A DNA stretch of 64,000 nt from Lama glama (Eukaryota): contig CM052817.1 in assembly GCA_028534125.1 (NCBI GenBank), positions 74,340,001-74,404,000 on the forward strand, read 5' to 3'. Shown here one piece after another: positions 51,220 through 64,000 of the stretch. Made by a program: the position numbers and the translations under genes. The number at the start of each line of letters is the position of its first letter. The first letter of the stretch is position 1. The notes under the pieces were generated by a model. The model was not told the DNA's origin. It saw only the letters and a list, made by a program, of their open reading frames with translations, and did no database searches.

Positions 51220-54200
51220 ATGTCTTAATATTCTCTGAATTATTGTATGATTAAAATTTTCTGAATAGATATCGATCATTATCAAACTGAAATAACAACT
51301 AATTCTATGAAATAGTATTTCATGGAAAAAAGAACATGAGATTAGGCGTAAAAATTCCAATACTGAATACATTATTAACTCTCTAGCAAAATGAAAAAGT
51401 TACTATTGAAAGTCAAAATAGTATGGATTGTCTGGGTAGTATGGATTGTCATGTCAGTGGTAAAAAATTTCTATATTGCTTCCTTCAATTTTTGGAGTAG
51501 CTGGCTTTGGTTTTTATGAGAAGTAAAACAAACAAACAAACAAAGAAACAAATAAATAAATAACTGACTATTTTTCGTGTCTGGGTTGCACTGAAGCTAA
51601 GTGGTATAATGTCCAGGCAAGAAGAAGAGATTTAGCTGCGATCAAGGACTCAGCTGCAGGAAGAGGTGACCATGAGACTCTGAACCTCTAGTAATTAACA
51701 GAAATCCTTGGGATACTACTGGACTTCCCACAAGGTGTGGGTTAGGAGATTAAATCAATTTTAGGTAAATGAAATCTCAAAAAAAATGGTAAAGTCAAGT
51801 GATAACAAATAGGCACTGCCTTAGTTAAGTTAATTCTCCAATATCCACATCTGCTTCTTTAAAATGGAACAATAATACTTACCTGAGGGGATTATTAAAG
51901 ATATTAAAATGAGTTAACATAAATAAAATGTCTCTATGAACTATAATATGCTAAACAAATGATTATTGTTGATATTGTTAAAGTAACAAGTGGAGCCCTG
52001 ATTCTGTCCTCAGAACACAACTTTCAGGTCATGCTCTATCATTTGGGTCCAACACTTACCCTTCTTGTATGAGGGTCAAGGCATGTCTGATGCCTGTGGG
52101 CTTTGGGAAGGCGTAGTTTGTGAGGTGGAGAGCCAGAAAGATGGCAGAAACCTATTGCTATACAACATGACCCCATGTTTTCAGAAAAGTTAGTAATGCT
52201 TCAGGAAAGCATTAAGAATCTTGCGGAGAAAAGAGAGGGCAGAGGTTCATAGCTCAGTGTGACCAGGGGAGGAAGCCAGAAGATGGGCAAATGCAGGAGT
52301 ACAACCCGAGAAAGGCAAAGAAATGACAGGAGTGTCCTTGGCCAGCCCTGACTACGGATCATGAGTAACTAAATGTCTGCTCCAAGGGACATCTGACTTC
52401 ACTTAATATGGTCATAGTCATTACACTTGCCTTTCTCTTCAGGTTGTGAAAGTTAAATAAGATAATATGTATAAGGGCCCTTTATAAAGAATTAAATATT
52501 ATATAAGTTTAGTAATCATTATTAAGTAAGGTGGGGTAAGATGGAGTCCTGTAGATCCCTCTCATAGAGGTGGGTATTGAAATGGTTTTGCATCTAATAG
52601 GAATCTTCCTCTGTAAAGTGAGTATTGTCATGTTTTATTAAAGATTTCTAGTAGGAACTAGAAACATGCTGTTCTAAGGAAAGGAGGCAATTTCTTCTGT
52701 GTACTGAACACTTTGTTCTATACCCCTTCGTATTTTAATAAAAGTGAAAGTAACTTGGTACTCCCTCATACAAAGCCAACAGCTAGCTTCTGAGAGTTAG
52801 TTATAAAAATCAATACTACTACTTTGCTAAAGATCATAATTATTCTCTAGCTCTTATAAGAGGGCAGTTTCAGTATGGATGAAAAGGCTTCCACAGAATG
52901 TTCATGTTTACATGAATGTTCAAATCTCATAAAATATTCTCTATAAAAGTGTTCAGTAGTTACTAGGTACAGGTGAGCATACTTAAAGTATACATTCATA
53001 AAATAAGGTAGCAAACATAAAAATTATCCAGGATCAGTTCTCAAAATCCCTGTGCAGTGTAGCCTATTGATACATTTGCAGAAACAGGTTACACTAAGCA
53101 TTGGTGATACACATAAAGAAATATACTAGACAACATCAGGAAAACCCTTCCAAAAAAAACTGTAAAACTTTTTATATAAAATAGGGAGTCTGGCATTAGG
53201 GAGTCTCTAGGGTCTTTCAGTTCTAACATTCTATGAGTCAGGAACTTACCAGCAATTGAAAGCTGAAAGCTAGACTGAATTCTCCCAAAATGAAAACTTT
53301 GTTTAAGGAGAAAAATAAGAAAAAATCCAGAGGCCTATACGTTTCTTCAGAGGCTAACTAAAAAGTGGCACAGACTTAGCATAGAAGTCCACATCAAATG
53401 TAAGTCCATGTTGGGACATGAGTTATGACCGTGGCCTGTTTTGAATGTGGACGATGAGAAAGTCAGTCTGGTAAGTACTTAATGTACATGATCACATTTT
53501 AGAATAAGAATGAAGTTTAAATTTTTTTTTTAAATACCCCTGAGGTCTAGGATAACCGCAAATGTCACATTTACATTCTTGAACAATTTAATCTGGGCCA
53601 TCGACAAGCAATGGTACCAATAATGACATCTTGGGCTTACTGCACAAAATGGGATGGCTGGACTGTGTGGACCATTGTATGGAGCTGAATTTGATTCATC
53701 AAAGAGAGAGAGCAGAATATTGTTTAAAATTCTCTGAAATAGATGTACAGACATACAGTTTTTAAATGACCATAACTGTGAAACTGCTGGGAAACCAGAG
53801 TATAGAAAGAAAAATTATAAGCTTTAAACTTTGAGTCATCTTTGTTTAAAATGAAAAGAAACTATAGAAAACCATGGTATTTGATGACAAGCCTTGAGAG
53901 AAAAGAATCCTGTTGACACAAGTGCTTTGCAAACTTCCATAAACGGTGCTAAGAATTACTCATTCCAGTAACAGAAGGAAGAGCACAAAGAATCGGGCTG
54001 TTAGGAGACCTGGGGGGTTGGGAGGTGTGTGCAAAAGATTTAGGGAAGATTCTTTTAGTTTATCTACACTTTTTCTTATTATCTTGAATGACTGTCCCTC
54101 TATTTAATGTTTATTGAGAAGGGGCAAGAGGTTCTCAGAGTTATTCACCTGAAACTACAAAATTTGTTTGATCTACCAGGAATGTAACTTTTAACCAACA

Positions 54201-55292
54201 AGATAGGTTAACCACAAAGCTGATTACACAGGCTTGCTCATCCAGGCTGTATTCCAAGCCACCAGCTAAGTGATTATTAACCCATCATTCTAGAAATAAT
54301 TTCACCAGCTTTGTGTTAATTAAACCCACCACAGGGTATAGCTTTTCTTCTTATAGTCAGAAAGCTGCAGTCACTTTAAGTCCAGCTTTCCATTTTGCAA
54401 AGTACTAAAATAAAGGCTGTGCAAAGCAGTTTCTAAACCAAATGCAACATAAAATTTCATCTTTCAAAACAGCCACACACAGATAGCCTGGTGGACAACA
54501 ACCAGGAATGGGCTGCATTGGTGAAAACTTCAGGTGGATGATGAGTCTAAACAAACAGACAAATATCAATGAATTCTCAAAGAGTTTTAAGAAAAAACCA
54601 AACGACAACCATTATGCTTGTACATGAACAGGACCGATGTTTTCTTCCCTGTGTTCCAACTTCCTCATTTAAATGTGAAAAAGGGCCATATTAACATTAT
54701 AGTTTGTGAGGAAAATCAAACACTGTTGCTCAGTTTTACATAGTTCCAATTACTGAGTTTGTAATCAGTGAAGAAGTACAATTTAACACTCAATTTTCAT
54801 GTTTGAAATGTAAACAGTAGGATTATTACAAATATTCTAATTATTCTTTTATGATTAGCTGTTGTTCCATGTTTAATTATGGCATGTGTAACATAATCCC
54901 TTCAGCTCTAGGTTATGCTTTTTTTCCCCCAAATATATTAGACAGTTCTGTAGGTGTTTGATGGAAGGAATGGTAAAGTCAACTCCCATCAATCACTGTA
55001 TATTTTCACTATGGGGAAATGATAACATTTAAAGTGGTTTTCATACTTTTACTCATATACTATAGAAAATAAGGAAGTAGTAGTTGATAATAATTAGATA
55101 GCATCAAAGAATTTTAGAATATTCTGGAACGATGTAACATTAAGTTAGAATGTTCTATCTGGTAATTTATTAACCATGTCAGTTTTGTTTGATTTTATGA
55201 AAGCCATTCCAATGGAGTACCAAATTCCTTTCTAGTGTACTCCAAGGAACAATGCAGTTTATGTACTACATACTAAAATGTTGAGTGAACCA

Positions 55293-55650
55293 TGTAATGA
55301 TTAACTTTTATGTCAACTTGGCTAGGCCATGGTACCCTGATATTTGGTATAATACTCTAGATGTTTCCGTGAAAATATTTTTAAAATGAGGTTATCATTT
55401 AAATCAGCAGACTAAGTGAACCAGATTGTCCTCCATAATGTGGGTAGGCATATTCCAATCAGCTGAAGGCCTTAATAAAAAAAAAAAAAGACTGATGTCC
55501 TCTGAAGAAGGGGAAATTTTCCAGTATTCTGCCTTCAGACTTGAACTGCAGGCACTACAGCCTGCTGGCCTACCTTGTAGATTTTGGATTTGCCAATCTC
55601 CACAACTGTGTGAATCAATTCCTTAAAATAAACTTCTTTCTTTCTCTGCA
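55293..55650 (+). mobile_element. ERVL LTR, MLT2D-like
   Basis: tgtaatgattaacttttatgtcaacttggctaggccatgg...ccaatcagctgaaggccttaa...caattccttaaaataaac. Confidence 0.85.
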
Positions 55651-55654
55651 GCTA

Positions 55655-55820
55655 TTTATATTAAAAGTAACTAAACTAGATTAAAAATCAGTTTCTCAGA
55701 TATTTTAGCCACATTCCAAGTTTTCAATAGCCACATGTGGCTAGTAGCTACCATACTGGGTAACACAGATAGAGAATATTTCTATCATTGAATGAAAGTT
55801 CTATTGGACCGTATTTCTCT
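55655..55820. mobile_element. hAT MITE, MER3/MER33-like
   Basis: tagccacattccaagttttcaatagccacatgtggctagtagctacc...aaagttctattggac. Confidence 0.8.
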
Positions 55821-56007
55821 AGAGTAAGACTGTCTAGATTCAAATTTTACTTCCAGGGCTTATTAGCAATGTGAACGCTGTGCATTTAGTTACTAGTTAT
55901 AGAATTTACTAGGGTTGTTTTGAAAATTAAGTATTATAACTTATGTAAAGTACTTGGCTTTTTGTAAGGAGTCAATAACTGTTAGATTTTACTGTTAGTA
56001 ATATTAC

Positions 56008-56160
56008 CATAATCCTCAATTTTAAAATGCACATTTTTCATAGCTTAACAATTCCAAAATTTTTTAGAATTTTAAAATTAACTTACATATTTAATATAAT
56101 TGTATTTAATACATTGGACTCTTGACTATTAATTGCATCTTATAATCAATAAAATATGAA
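56008..56160. mobile_element. Tc2-type MITE remnant, MER104-like
   Basis: aattttaaaatgcacatttttca...tgcatcttataatcaataaaatatg. Confidence 0.5.
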
Positions 56161-58799
56161 ATACATTCCCAGAGCAATGTATGTGTTTGAAATTTGCATA
56201 TCAAAGTGGCATAAAATTCTAAAAGTACCATAAGATGTAAATTAGGCAGGAAGATTGAGACAAATAGCTTGGAACAAAGATAATTTGTTTTTATTTTATG
56301 TTATAACTATAAAGCTTCAAATTTATGTCCCTATGTTTCATATTATGAAAGATTTCCAGCAAATATTTACTTGTCTGTTTAAAGATGGAAGACCCAGCAC
56401 TCTTTAGTTTTCCTCAGTTTTATAATTAACTTTCTCCTTCCCTTCCAGTCTCTCCCCCTCCCTCCCTCTCTCCTTAATGAAGGTGCTGCTTAAACAAAGG
56501 TGAACAAGATAGAGTGGCTTATCTCAAGGAGTTTATAGCCAAATAATAAAAGATAAGGTAAATTTAAGTTCCGTATGTTAAGTGCTTAAAGAGGGGTGAT
56601 GACAGTGTGATATGGAAACTCAAATGTTCACATTTCAAGAAAGTTCAAAGAAATATTCTCTAGGGAAATATTTAAGATGAGATTTGAATATCAGAATAGA
56701 AAGGTGAAGAGGGTAGGAAAAAACTTTCAAACAGAGACTAAATGATGTGAACAGGCACAATGGTGGAATTCTAAGTAGCTCAATATGGCAGGCAAAGCCA
56801 GGGTTGAGGATGTAGGAAAGGGTTTTATGTGGTAAAAGGACAGGAAAAACTAGCTAACTGGAGTGTCTGCTGATACAACTTTGCAAATAGAACTCTAAAG
56901 TTTTCAAGTTCTTCTAGCTTTCAAGTTATAGCAAGAAAAAGTTCCTCTAGTAAGGAACGGGGAGGCATAAAATTTCAAAATATTGGATGTAGGAGAGATG
57001 GGCATGGAACTCAGGTGCTGTCCATAAAGGGCAGGACTAGGCAATCAGGTATACCAAGAGGGCACTACACAATGGGGCAGGGGAGCGCAGCTATAAGGGA
57101 GGGAACACTAGAAGCCAACGTCATAGACCTCACTTTTGACAATGTCTGGTCAATCAGAGGAAGTTCTACAGACTGAGGACTAGCTTCACTGCACACAATG
57201 CAGCAGTGTGGGATGTTGCAAAGTGGTGCGTGAGAACAGTATCCTCACAAACTCAGAGGAAAGAATTAGACTACAAAACTAACCAGATTAGGGGAGAATT
57301 TTAGTACATATCAAAGTCGCTTGGTGGAGACATCCACTGTTAATTACCAATGACATTAGCACCTAAATAAAAAGGAATGTGTAACTCAGAATGAGCACCA
57401 ATAATCTGCAAGTGACCCAGAAAAAGAAGTCAAAGGGGCAGTCTATTTTTGTGTCTCCGAGACTGCTCTGTCATTTGGGTGCCTCGGCTATTCAACTCTA
57501 TCTGCCTAGTTATTGTGACAAGTTTATGTCTATAGCAAAGATGCAAGGACCTGGTAAGGGGTCTCTAAACCAGATGTCTCCACCTCAGAGCAGGTAGAAG
57601 GCAGAAAGAAAATATTAGAAACACTGTATATATTTTTAAATTTTTATTAAAATTCTGGTTTTGGGTGTATTATTTTTTATAATGCATATTAAATATTATT
57701 TATATATTTAATGTATGATTAAATAAATATATACACATATGTTGGGGTTACCTGCTAATTTTTTAATTCTAAGTTGTTTGCAATAAACAAAAATCAGTTT
57801 TGGAAGCCATAAAACATTAGAATCATTAGCATGTTCACCAGGTCTAGGCTCACTAACCAGTTTCTGCTTATAATTTGGTTTTCATTCAAGCAGAGAATAA
57901 ATGCAGCAGTTATGCCAACACAATAGCATTCTATACCACGTGAAAATTTATATTTTAGATTAATAAACAATTTACCTGGTCTATGTACTTATCCTTTTTC
58001 TAAGAAAAAGGTGCATTTTAAATGTGGTGGCTGAAAACTCAAATATCACACTCTGAATCATGAAAACTTAAAAGTCAAATATCACTCAGTTAAGTATTAG
58101 CAATTAAGGACTGCTTTTCAGTGTGATTTTCCAATATGGTCCACACATGTTTCTGAGTCTACTAACTGTAGCCAGCAGAAGTATAAATAAATATCCATAA
58201 AAGTGAAGATTGTCAATAGCTCAGCTTCCTTTGCTTTGGCCCAGATTCAAGTTTTTGAGCAAGAGGATGAATAATAAGAGTGAATTTTTCCTGTTCATTA
58301 ATAACTTTACTCTCCTCTTGGACCTACAATGATCCAAGATTAAGTGAAAAGAGGAGGCAAAAGCAATTAATGAGATAACCAAAGCAAGGAAGCATAGAGA
58401 AGGAGGCCAATTGTGCTATTCTGTTTCTACAGAATATCATCAATTTGTAAATGAGCCAAAGCAAATTTTCTAACAAAAGTTAAGATTCTATTCTTACTCA
58501 CATTCTACCTTTCCACTTATGAACATCAAAACTACAATCTCATTTGCCAAATACACTTGCTTTCCGATAGTATATTCTCAGCTCTGCAGACCATTGGTAA
58601 GAACCCTCCTACAATCCTGACAGGTCCCCACGCTGTGGCTCAGCTCCAGCTCCATTTGGTCCTTTATTTCTATTTAAGTCACATCCCAGATAAAACCTGG
58701 GTCTCCAAACATCTCGTCTCTGATACTACTAAGCATCTGTATATTCCTTCCTTGTTTTCACTCCCATTTCCAACTCCTCCCCAACACACTGCGTCCTCT

Positions 58800-60690
58800 G
58801 GAGCAGTCATAAGCAAAGTTCTTTTTTACTCTTTTGAACATGATCTTTATCTTCTTGTTGCCACTGAAAACTGGCTCTCTTCTGACAACACTCCAGCCTC
58901 TCCAGCTCTCTCAAGCAATGGCTCGTCTCTCTTCCACACCTGTCACACCACCAGGCCCGAAAATTGGGTAAATACCCTACTTGCATTTCATTGCTACTTC
59001 CAAACAATTCTCTTTCTCCTCCCTATAAACTCAAACTTTGAATCTCATGTTATCAGACTATAGAAGATACTGTATGTCATTTTTTTCATACCATTCTTCT
59101 TCTTCTTCAGTTTTTGAAGATTTTGGCTCTTTGTTTATTGTAAAACACTCAACTCAACTTCAAGATCTACATGAATGATCCTCCAACTCTTTAAACTTGG
59201 TTCCTTTACATCCTCTCCTCCCATGATCTTGTCTCCCCAGCTACCAACTCCTGTGATCACGTCCTAGAAGATCTTATCATCACCATTTTTGGAAACCTCA
59301 CTGTAATCACAATTTCAAACACCTCATTCTCTGATCACTGACTCCCTTTTTTTTTTCTTTGACTCATTCCTTCTGGTACCTTAGTTTAAAAAAAAATCTG
59401 TGCCCCCTGAGACTAACAATCAATGTATTCTACTACATTGTCACTAACCTTGTACCTACTGCCTAGTTTAAATCTCATGTGCCTTCATTGTAATTACCTC
59501 CTTGCACATGTGTGCAACTCTCTTTCCTTCCCTCTAACTGTCACACTTTTGGTAAAATCTTAATTCTACCTAAATCCAGCTCTCTGTCTAAGCCATTCCC
59601 AGAAAAAACAAAACAAAACAAAACAAAACAAACCTACAATGACGTGTACTAGTCTCACTTTAAAGTCATGATCATTAATCTCAAGTGGGCCCTTAGTGCT
59701 GACCTACTTTATTCTCCCTGTTCATCATCTCTCTAATTTCCTAGATTAACTTTACATGCCATACTTTTTCCCTCAACTCTCTTAACAGTTATTCCCTCAT
59801 CCTCACTCTCAGCTCATTAAGTTACTTCTTATTCCATGAAGGAAACAGAATCATGCCAACCTACTACCCTTGCCTCTGAGCTCATACACTCTGCCTTCCT
59901 TTGAGTATTCAAAGCTAAGGCCAACCTCCCACCTTGCACACTAGATCTCATCCTCTCTTGCCTACTCATGAATCTCTCCAGCAATTCTGTCACACTGTCT
60001 TCAGCAGCAGGAAATTCTTCCTCTCTATGGAACCATTTCCATCAGCTTACGTGATGTTGCTATTATTTATTCCATCTTACAAAACAGCTTTTCTTGATTC
60101 TACTTTCCTTTCTAGGTACTGCCCTATTTTTTCACTTAGCCACTTTTACATCAAAACCCCTTGAAATGTTTGTTGACACTTGCCTCCACCTCATTTTCTC
60201 CCACTTTCCCTTGAACATATTTCTAATAGGTTTTTCTACCCACCACTCCACTAAAAGATCACCACTGACCTCCATGTTTTTAAAGCCAATGGTCAATACT
60301 CTGTCCTCCTCTCACTTGATCTGTGAGTAGTAGCTATTGGCAGAGTAGATCATTTGATTCTCCTTTACCCACTTTCTTCACTTGGCTTCCAGAACACTCT
60401 CTCTTGGGTTTCCTCCCACTTCACTGGCTGCTTCTTTTCAGTATCCTTTTGACACCCCTCATCCACTAGAGCTCTGAACTGTGGAGTGCTTGGGTTCAAC
60501 TTTGGATCCCATATAATCTCATGGCTTTTAAATGCCTTTCACTTACATCTACAGATACATAATCTCTCTTCCAAACCCCAGTTTCTTATATTTAATCGCT
60601 TGCTTGACAACTCCACTCTAACATCTAATCTGTGCCTCATACTTAACAAGGCCCAAAGCAAACTTTTTATTTACTTCCCTCCTCAGAACA
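58800..60690 (+). mobile_element. Long L2 ORF2 remnant with an internal (AAAAC)n microsatellite near 59604-59633
   Basis: Pyrimidine-rich L2 text (ctaaggccaacctcccaccttgcacactagatctcatcc, ctttcttcacttggcttccagaacac, tgcttgacaactccact). Confidence 0.8.
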
Positions 60691-63600
60691 CATAAGTGAT
60701 TCAAAACAATAAACAATTTAAAATTGTATATTCTAAACCCTGGAGTTTAATCTTACTATACTGGAATAGGAATTGATCCAAGAAAGTAAGAGCAAACAAA
60801 ACCAGTTTTTCAGTGCAAACCAGACTCAGCAATCCTCTCTGTCCTTTTTCTGACTACTTGTTCAGTCTTTTCTCTACTCTCCCATTTATCCTAAGTGTAC
60901 AACATGATTCTCAAACTTCCCCTAAGATAACAGCTTAGAGTGTCTGGATTTTATATTATTTTCCTTCTGAAAGTCAGTATCTCTGAAAACTTCAAATGAA
61001 TTTTGAACATTCTTTCTAAACTTATGTAATTAAGGATACCAACTGAGGGAATGAAATATCACACAAAACCAATCATTAAGAAACGTGCTGCCTACTATCT
61101 CCTCACCATAATTCACAGTGTAAATAAATTCCAAATATGATGCTCTAACCTAGAAAAAATACAGTGATCATATAGGTAGCAGCTCTGACTTAGTCTGATC
61201 TTTTCCTCATTCATGTAATAAAGATGAGCAATTTCTGTGGGTAAAATGCAACTTTTGATATCATGAAGAATGCCAAGATACCTGAGAAATAAAGAGCTAA
61301 GTAAGGAGGACAAGACATATATAGAAATATATGCAAGACAGAAAATTCTTTGGGCCTTCTGAAGAGAAGGAAACTAATTCTGGCTGGGTAGATAGAAAGA
61401 TGATGTCACATGGTTTATAATTAACTGGAGGGTAGAGTCTGAGTTCTGGTTTTCTGCTTCCTACAAGCACATTGAAATAAAGGCTATGAATAAATGAGTG
61501 AATGAGTAAACGAATGAATTTTGTCTACTTATATGTTCATGGATCAGATGGTATTTAAAAGAAAGAGAACATATCTGCTACCTTTTTAAAAAGAGGACAT
61601 TTGCATGTAGACCACGGTAGGCAGATGTATTCCAAAGAGCAACTGGGTTTGGTCAGCAAAAAAACAAGAAACTGAAGAACATTCTGGAAATACATCTACA
61701 ACTTTCATTAGGTAGCTGCTTTAAGCACTTCACACACAGGGGCTCGAGTCTGTAGTTTCTGGCGTATATAGTAGCTACTTAACAAATAAATAAATGGAAT
61801 GAATGCATGCATGAGTAAAGGCTGAAAGTTAGATAGTATTATTCTCTATCAACTCAACCTGTATATTTCCTGTCCAGCATGATCTGAAGTTATCTTACTC
61901 ACTGGGCTATTTGTTCTCTATTTGCTGCTCACTGGAACTAGAATATAAGTTCCACGGAGGCAAGGGCCTTTTCTAACTTCTTCATCACTGTATTTTTGCT
62001 GCACTGCAAAGCTCCTGGTGCATAGTATGACTGAAATAGTATATAGCATGAGTGTTTTAATATAGGGGCGTGGCAGAGTGAAGAAGGGAATAAAGTTAAC
62101 TATTACAAATGAGGAAAGTTACCTTGAAAAACAGACACATTGCTAACAACGGATACTTTTTGACTAGTCACAGTTTATGAGAAGTTGGGCAGGATGCTTT
62201 ATGGGATTTATACACTTAAAATCAAGCAAGGAATATAAACAATTATAGTGTCTTTAACCCCTGCATAAAATGAAGACAATAATATGATCTTCCTCACTAT
62301 AACCTATAAACACAGAAAAATATTTTTTCACTAGACATAGAGAATTGTTTAGAGAATGTTACTATATAAAGAAGATAAAATTTTAATAGCTAGAATTAAA
62401 AATAATGTACCAATTAAAAAACTAATTTGGTTACTACTTTTTATACTACTCTGAAATAATCTAACCATAGAATTAGTTATTTAAAAAAAAACTAATACAT
62501 ATTACTTTAGAAACAGAATCAGATTCACTGTAGGCTTTTTTAATCTCAAAATAATTAGAAGGGCACTGTCATTAATCATAGAGGTAAAGACATTTTTTTT
62601 ATAGCTCAAATACCAAACCATTTTTGTTTTGCAGATCATAAAAGCAGAATAATAATGAAGGAAAATTAAATTTTCAAAAAACCTCTAAGAATGTAATAAG
62701 TATTTGGTTATTTCAAATGAAATATTAGTGTGTTTTTAACATCTTCTATTCATATGTATACTCACATCCCCACTTTTAGTTATATTGCATTGAAGTCTGT
62801 GAACACAAGAACATTAACTCATCGAAAGGACACTAAAACCTTAGTGTAAATCAGGTCTTGCTGGATTAAGCAACAGGATAATCCTGAATGCCTAGAAAGT
62901 GGGGATAAAGACAGGGGACCTAGAAAAGGAAAAGGAGTTACCAAAGATGGATTTTTATCTGGTTTAAAACTTGGCCTAGAATTGGCTCTAAGAAAAAGTT
63001 ACATTAAAGAGTAAATTCAAAATGGATTACAAATTTAAAATAAGAGAAAAACATTTTTCATGTTAAATCCAAATATTTTGACAGGTTGCATACATACTTC
63101 TTGAATTTGGGCATATATATTTAAAGCAGATTACTTTTGGAGTAAGATTCTTAAGGGCCCCTGCACAATTGACTTCCTTTTTCTTTTCTAGTTTCTACAA
63201 GGCCCTCCTGAAGTAAACCTCCAGGTTTCAGAGAAAAAGGAGACAGCCTTCCAGCTGATTAGCCTTTGAAGGTTTATTAACAAAGAACAAATAGATCTTT
63301 CTATTTCATTCTACATTGGAACTTTTGCACTCTTCACAGAGCCAGGAACATTGTAGAAGATGACAAATATTTCCAGAAAGAATGAATACCTCCTTTCCAG
63401 ATGCAAACGTGATGTACACAGCAACATAGGAACACTCCCGACATTCTGAAAGCAAGATGCACTAGTGAGAGTTTCTAAGGATTCTGAAAGTTGTAAAACA
63501 AACATAAAAAACACTTTTCAGTTACATAAAAAAGCAAGCCAACATGTAGTTCTTTGGCATCTCAGAACATTTTATATGATACAAGAGTTGCTTCTTCTGT

Positions 63601-64000
63601 GTTCATGTTTTGGTTCATCAAATATTTATTTGGTTCCTACCATATGGAAGAAAATCTTCTAGGAGTTTAAAAGATGGGAAGGCACGGCCTATCTGCCCTC
63701 AAATAACTTACAATAAAATAAAGTATCTGATATTGGTGTGTTGCCCAGAAGCCCCCAAATGATCACAATTCAAAACAGATCTACTGTTAAAAATTATAAA
63801 CTGTCACTTAATTCAAATTAAAAACATGACTTAAATACCTAACGTGTAAAGCGGCACACAAAACTGTGGTAGAAACAAAAATAACATATAATTTCTACTT
63901 TTAATTAAATTATAATCTAGATGAAGCAATAACTCATGTGCATAAATTATTATAAGCAAGCAAAATGTTAAATTAATTTTACCAACTTAAAACTGCAGCA

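Larger units (their letters stand above)
36116..64000 (-). other. ARSJ: ARSJ intron (partial; upstream exon lies beyond the right edge)
   Basis: No ORF with a signal peptide or CxPSR motif, and no CpG island, is visible between 36116 and 64000. ARSJ is known to have its coding exons separated by one large intron. Confidence 0.8.

Noticed and set aside
58557..59063. 168-aa ORF
   Set aside because: It has a non-ATG start and overlaps a decayed L2. I see no recognisable intact domain or splice context.
1..64000. A novel multi-gene system (prokaryotic-type operon, CRISPR array, defence island)
   Set aside because: The window is mammalian DNA with one coding exon. All other ORFs are short, and most of the non-coding structure is explained by known repeat classes.

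Overview
Mammalian AT-rich genomic DNA, most likely from a camelid: it carries a vic-1-type tRNA-derived SINE and cetartiodactyl-style L1 3' ends. The only protein-coding sequence I can support is the large terminal coding exon of arylsulfatase J (ARSJ) on the minus strand (34717-36115). Its 3' UTR lies to the left and about 28 kb of intron to the right. The first exon (signal peptide and the CxPSR formylglycine motif) is not in the window. The rest is intergenic or intronic DNA packed with transposon relics: L1, L2, L3, MIR, ERV1/ERVL/MaLR solo LTRs, and hAT and Tc-like DNA elements. I see no support for a previously undescribed multi-gene system. The notable items are small-scale: an unusual ARSJ splice acceptor, a cryptic mini-intron at the ARSJ C-terminus, a young twin-primed L1, a prematurely polyadenylated L1 retrocopy nested inside another L1, an L1 inserted into a palindrome arm, a 47-bp templated duplication, and nested LTRs. 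Repeat family names and comparisons to human proteins come from recall of consensus sequences, not from a database search.
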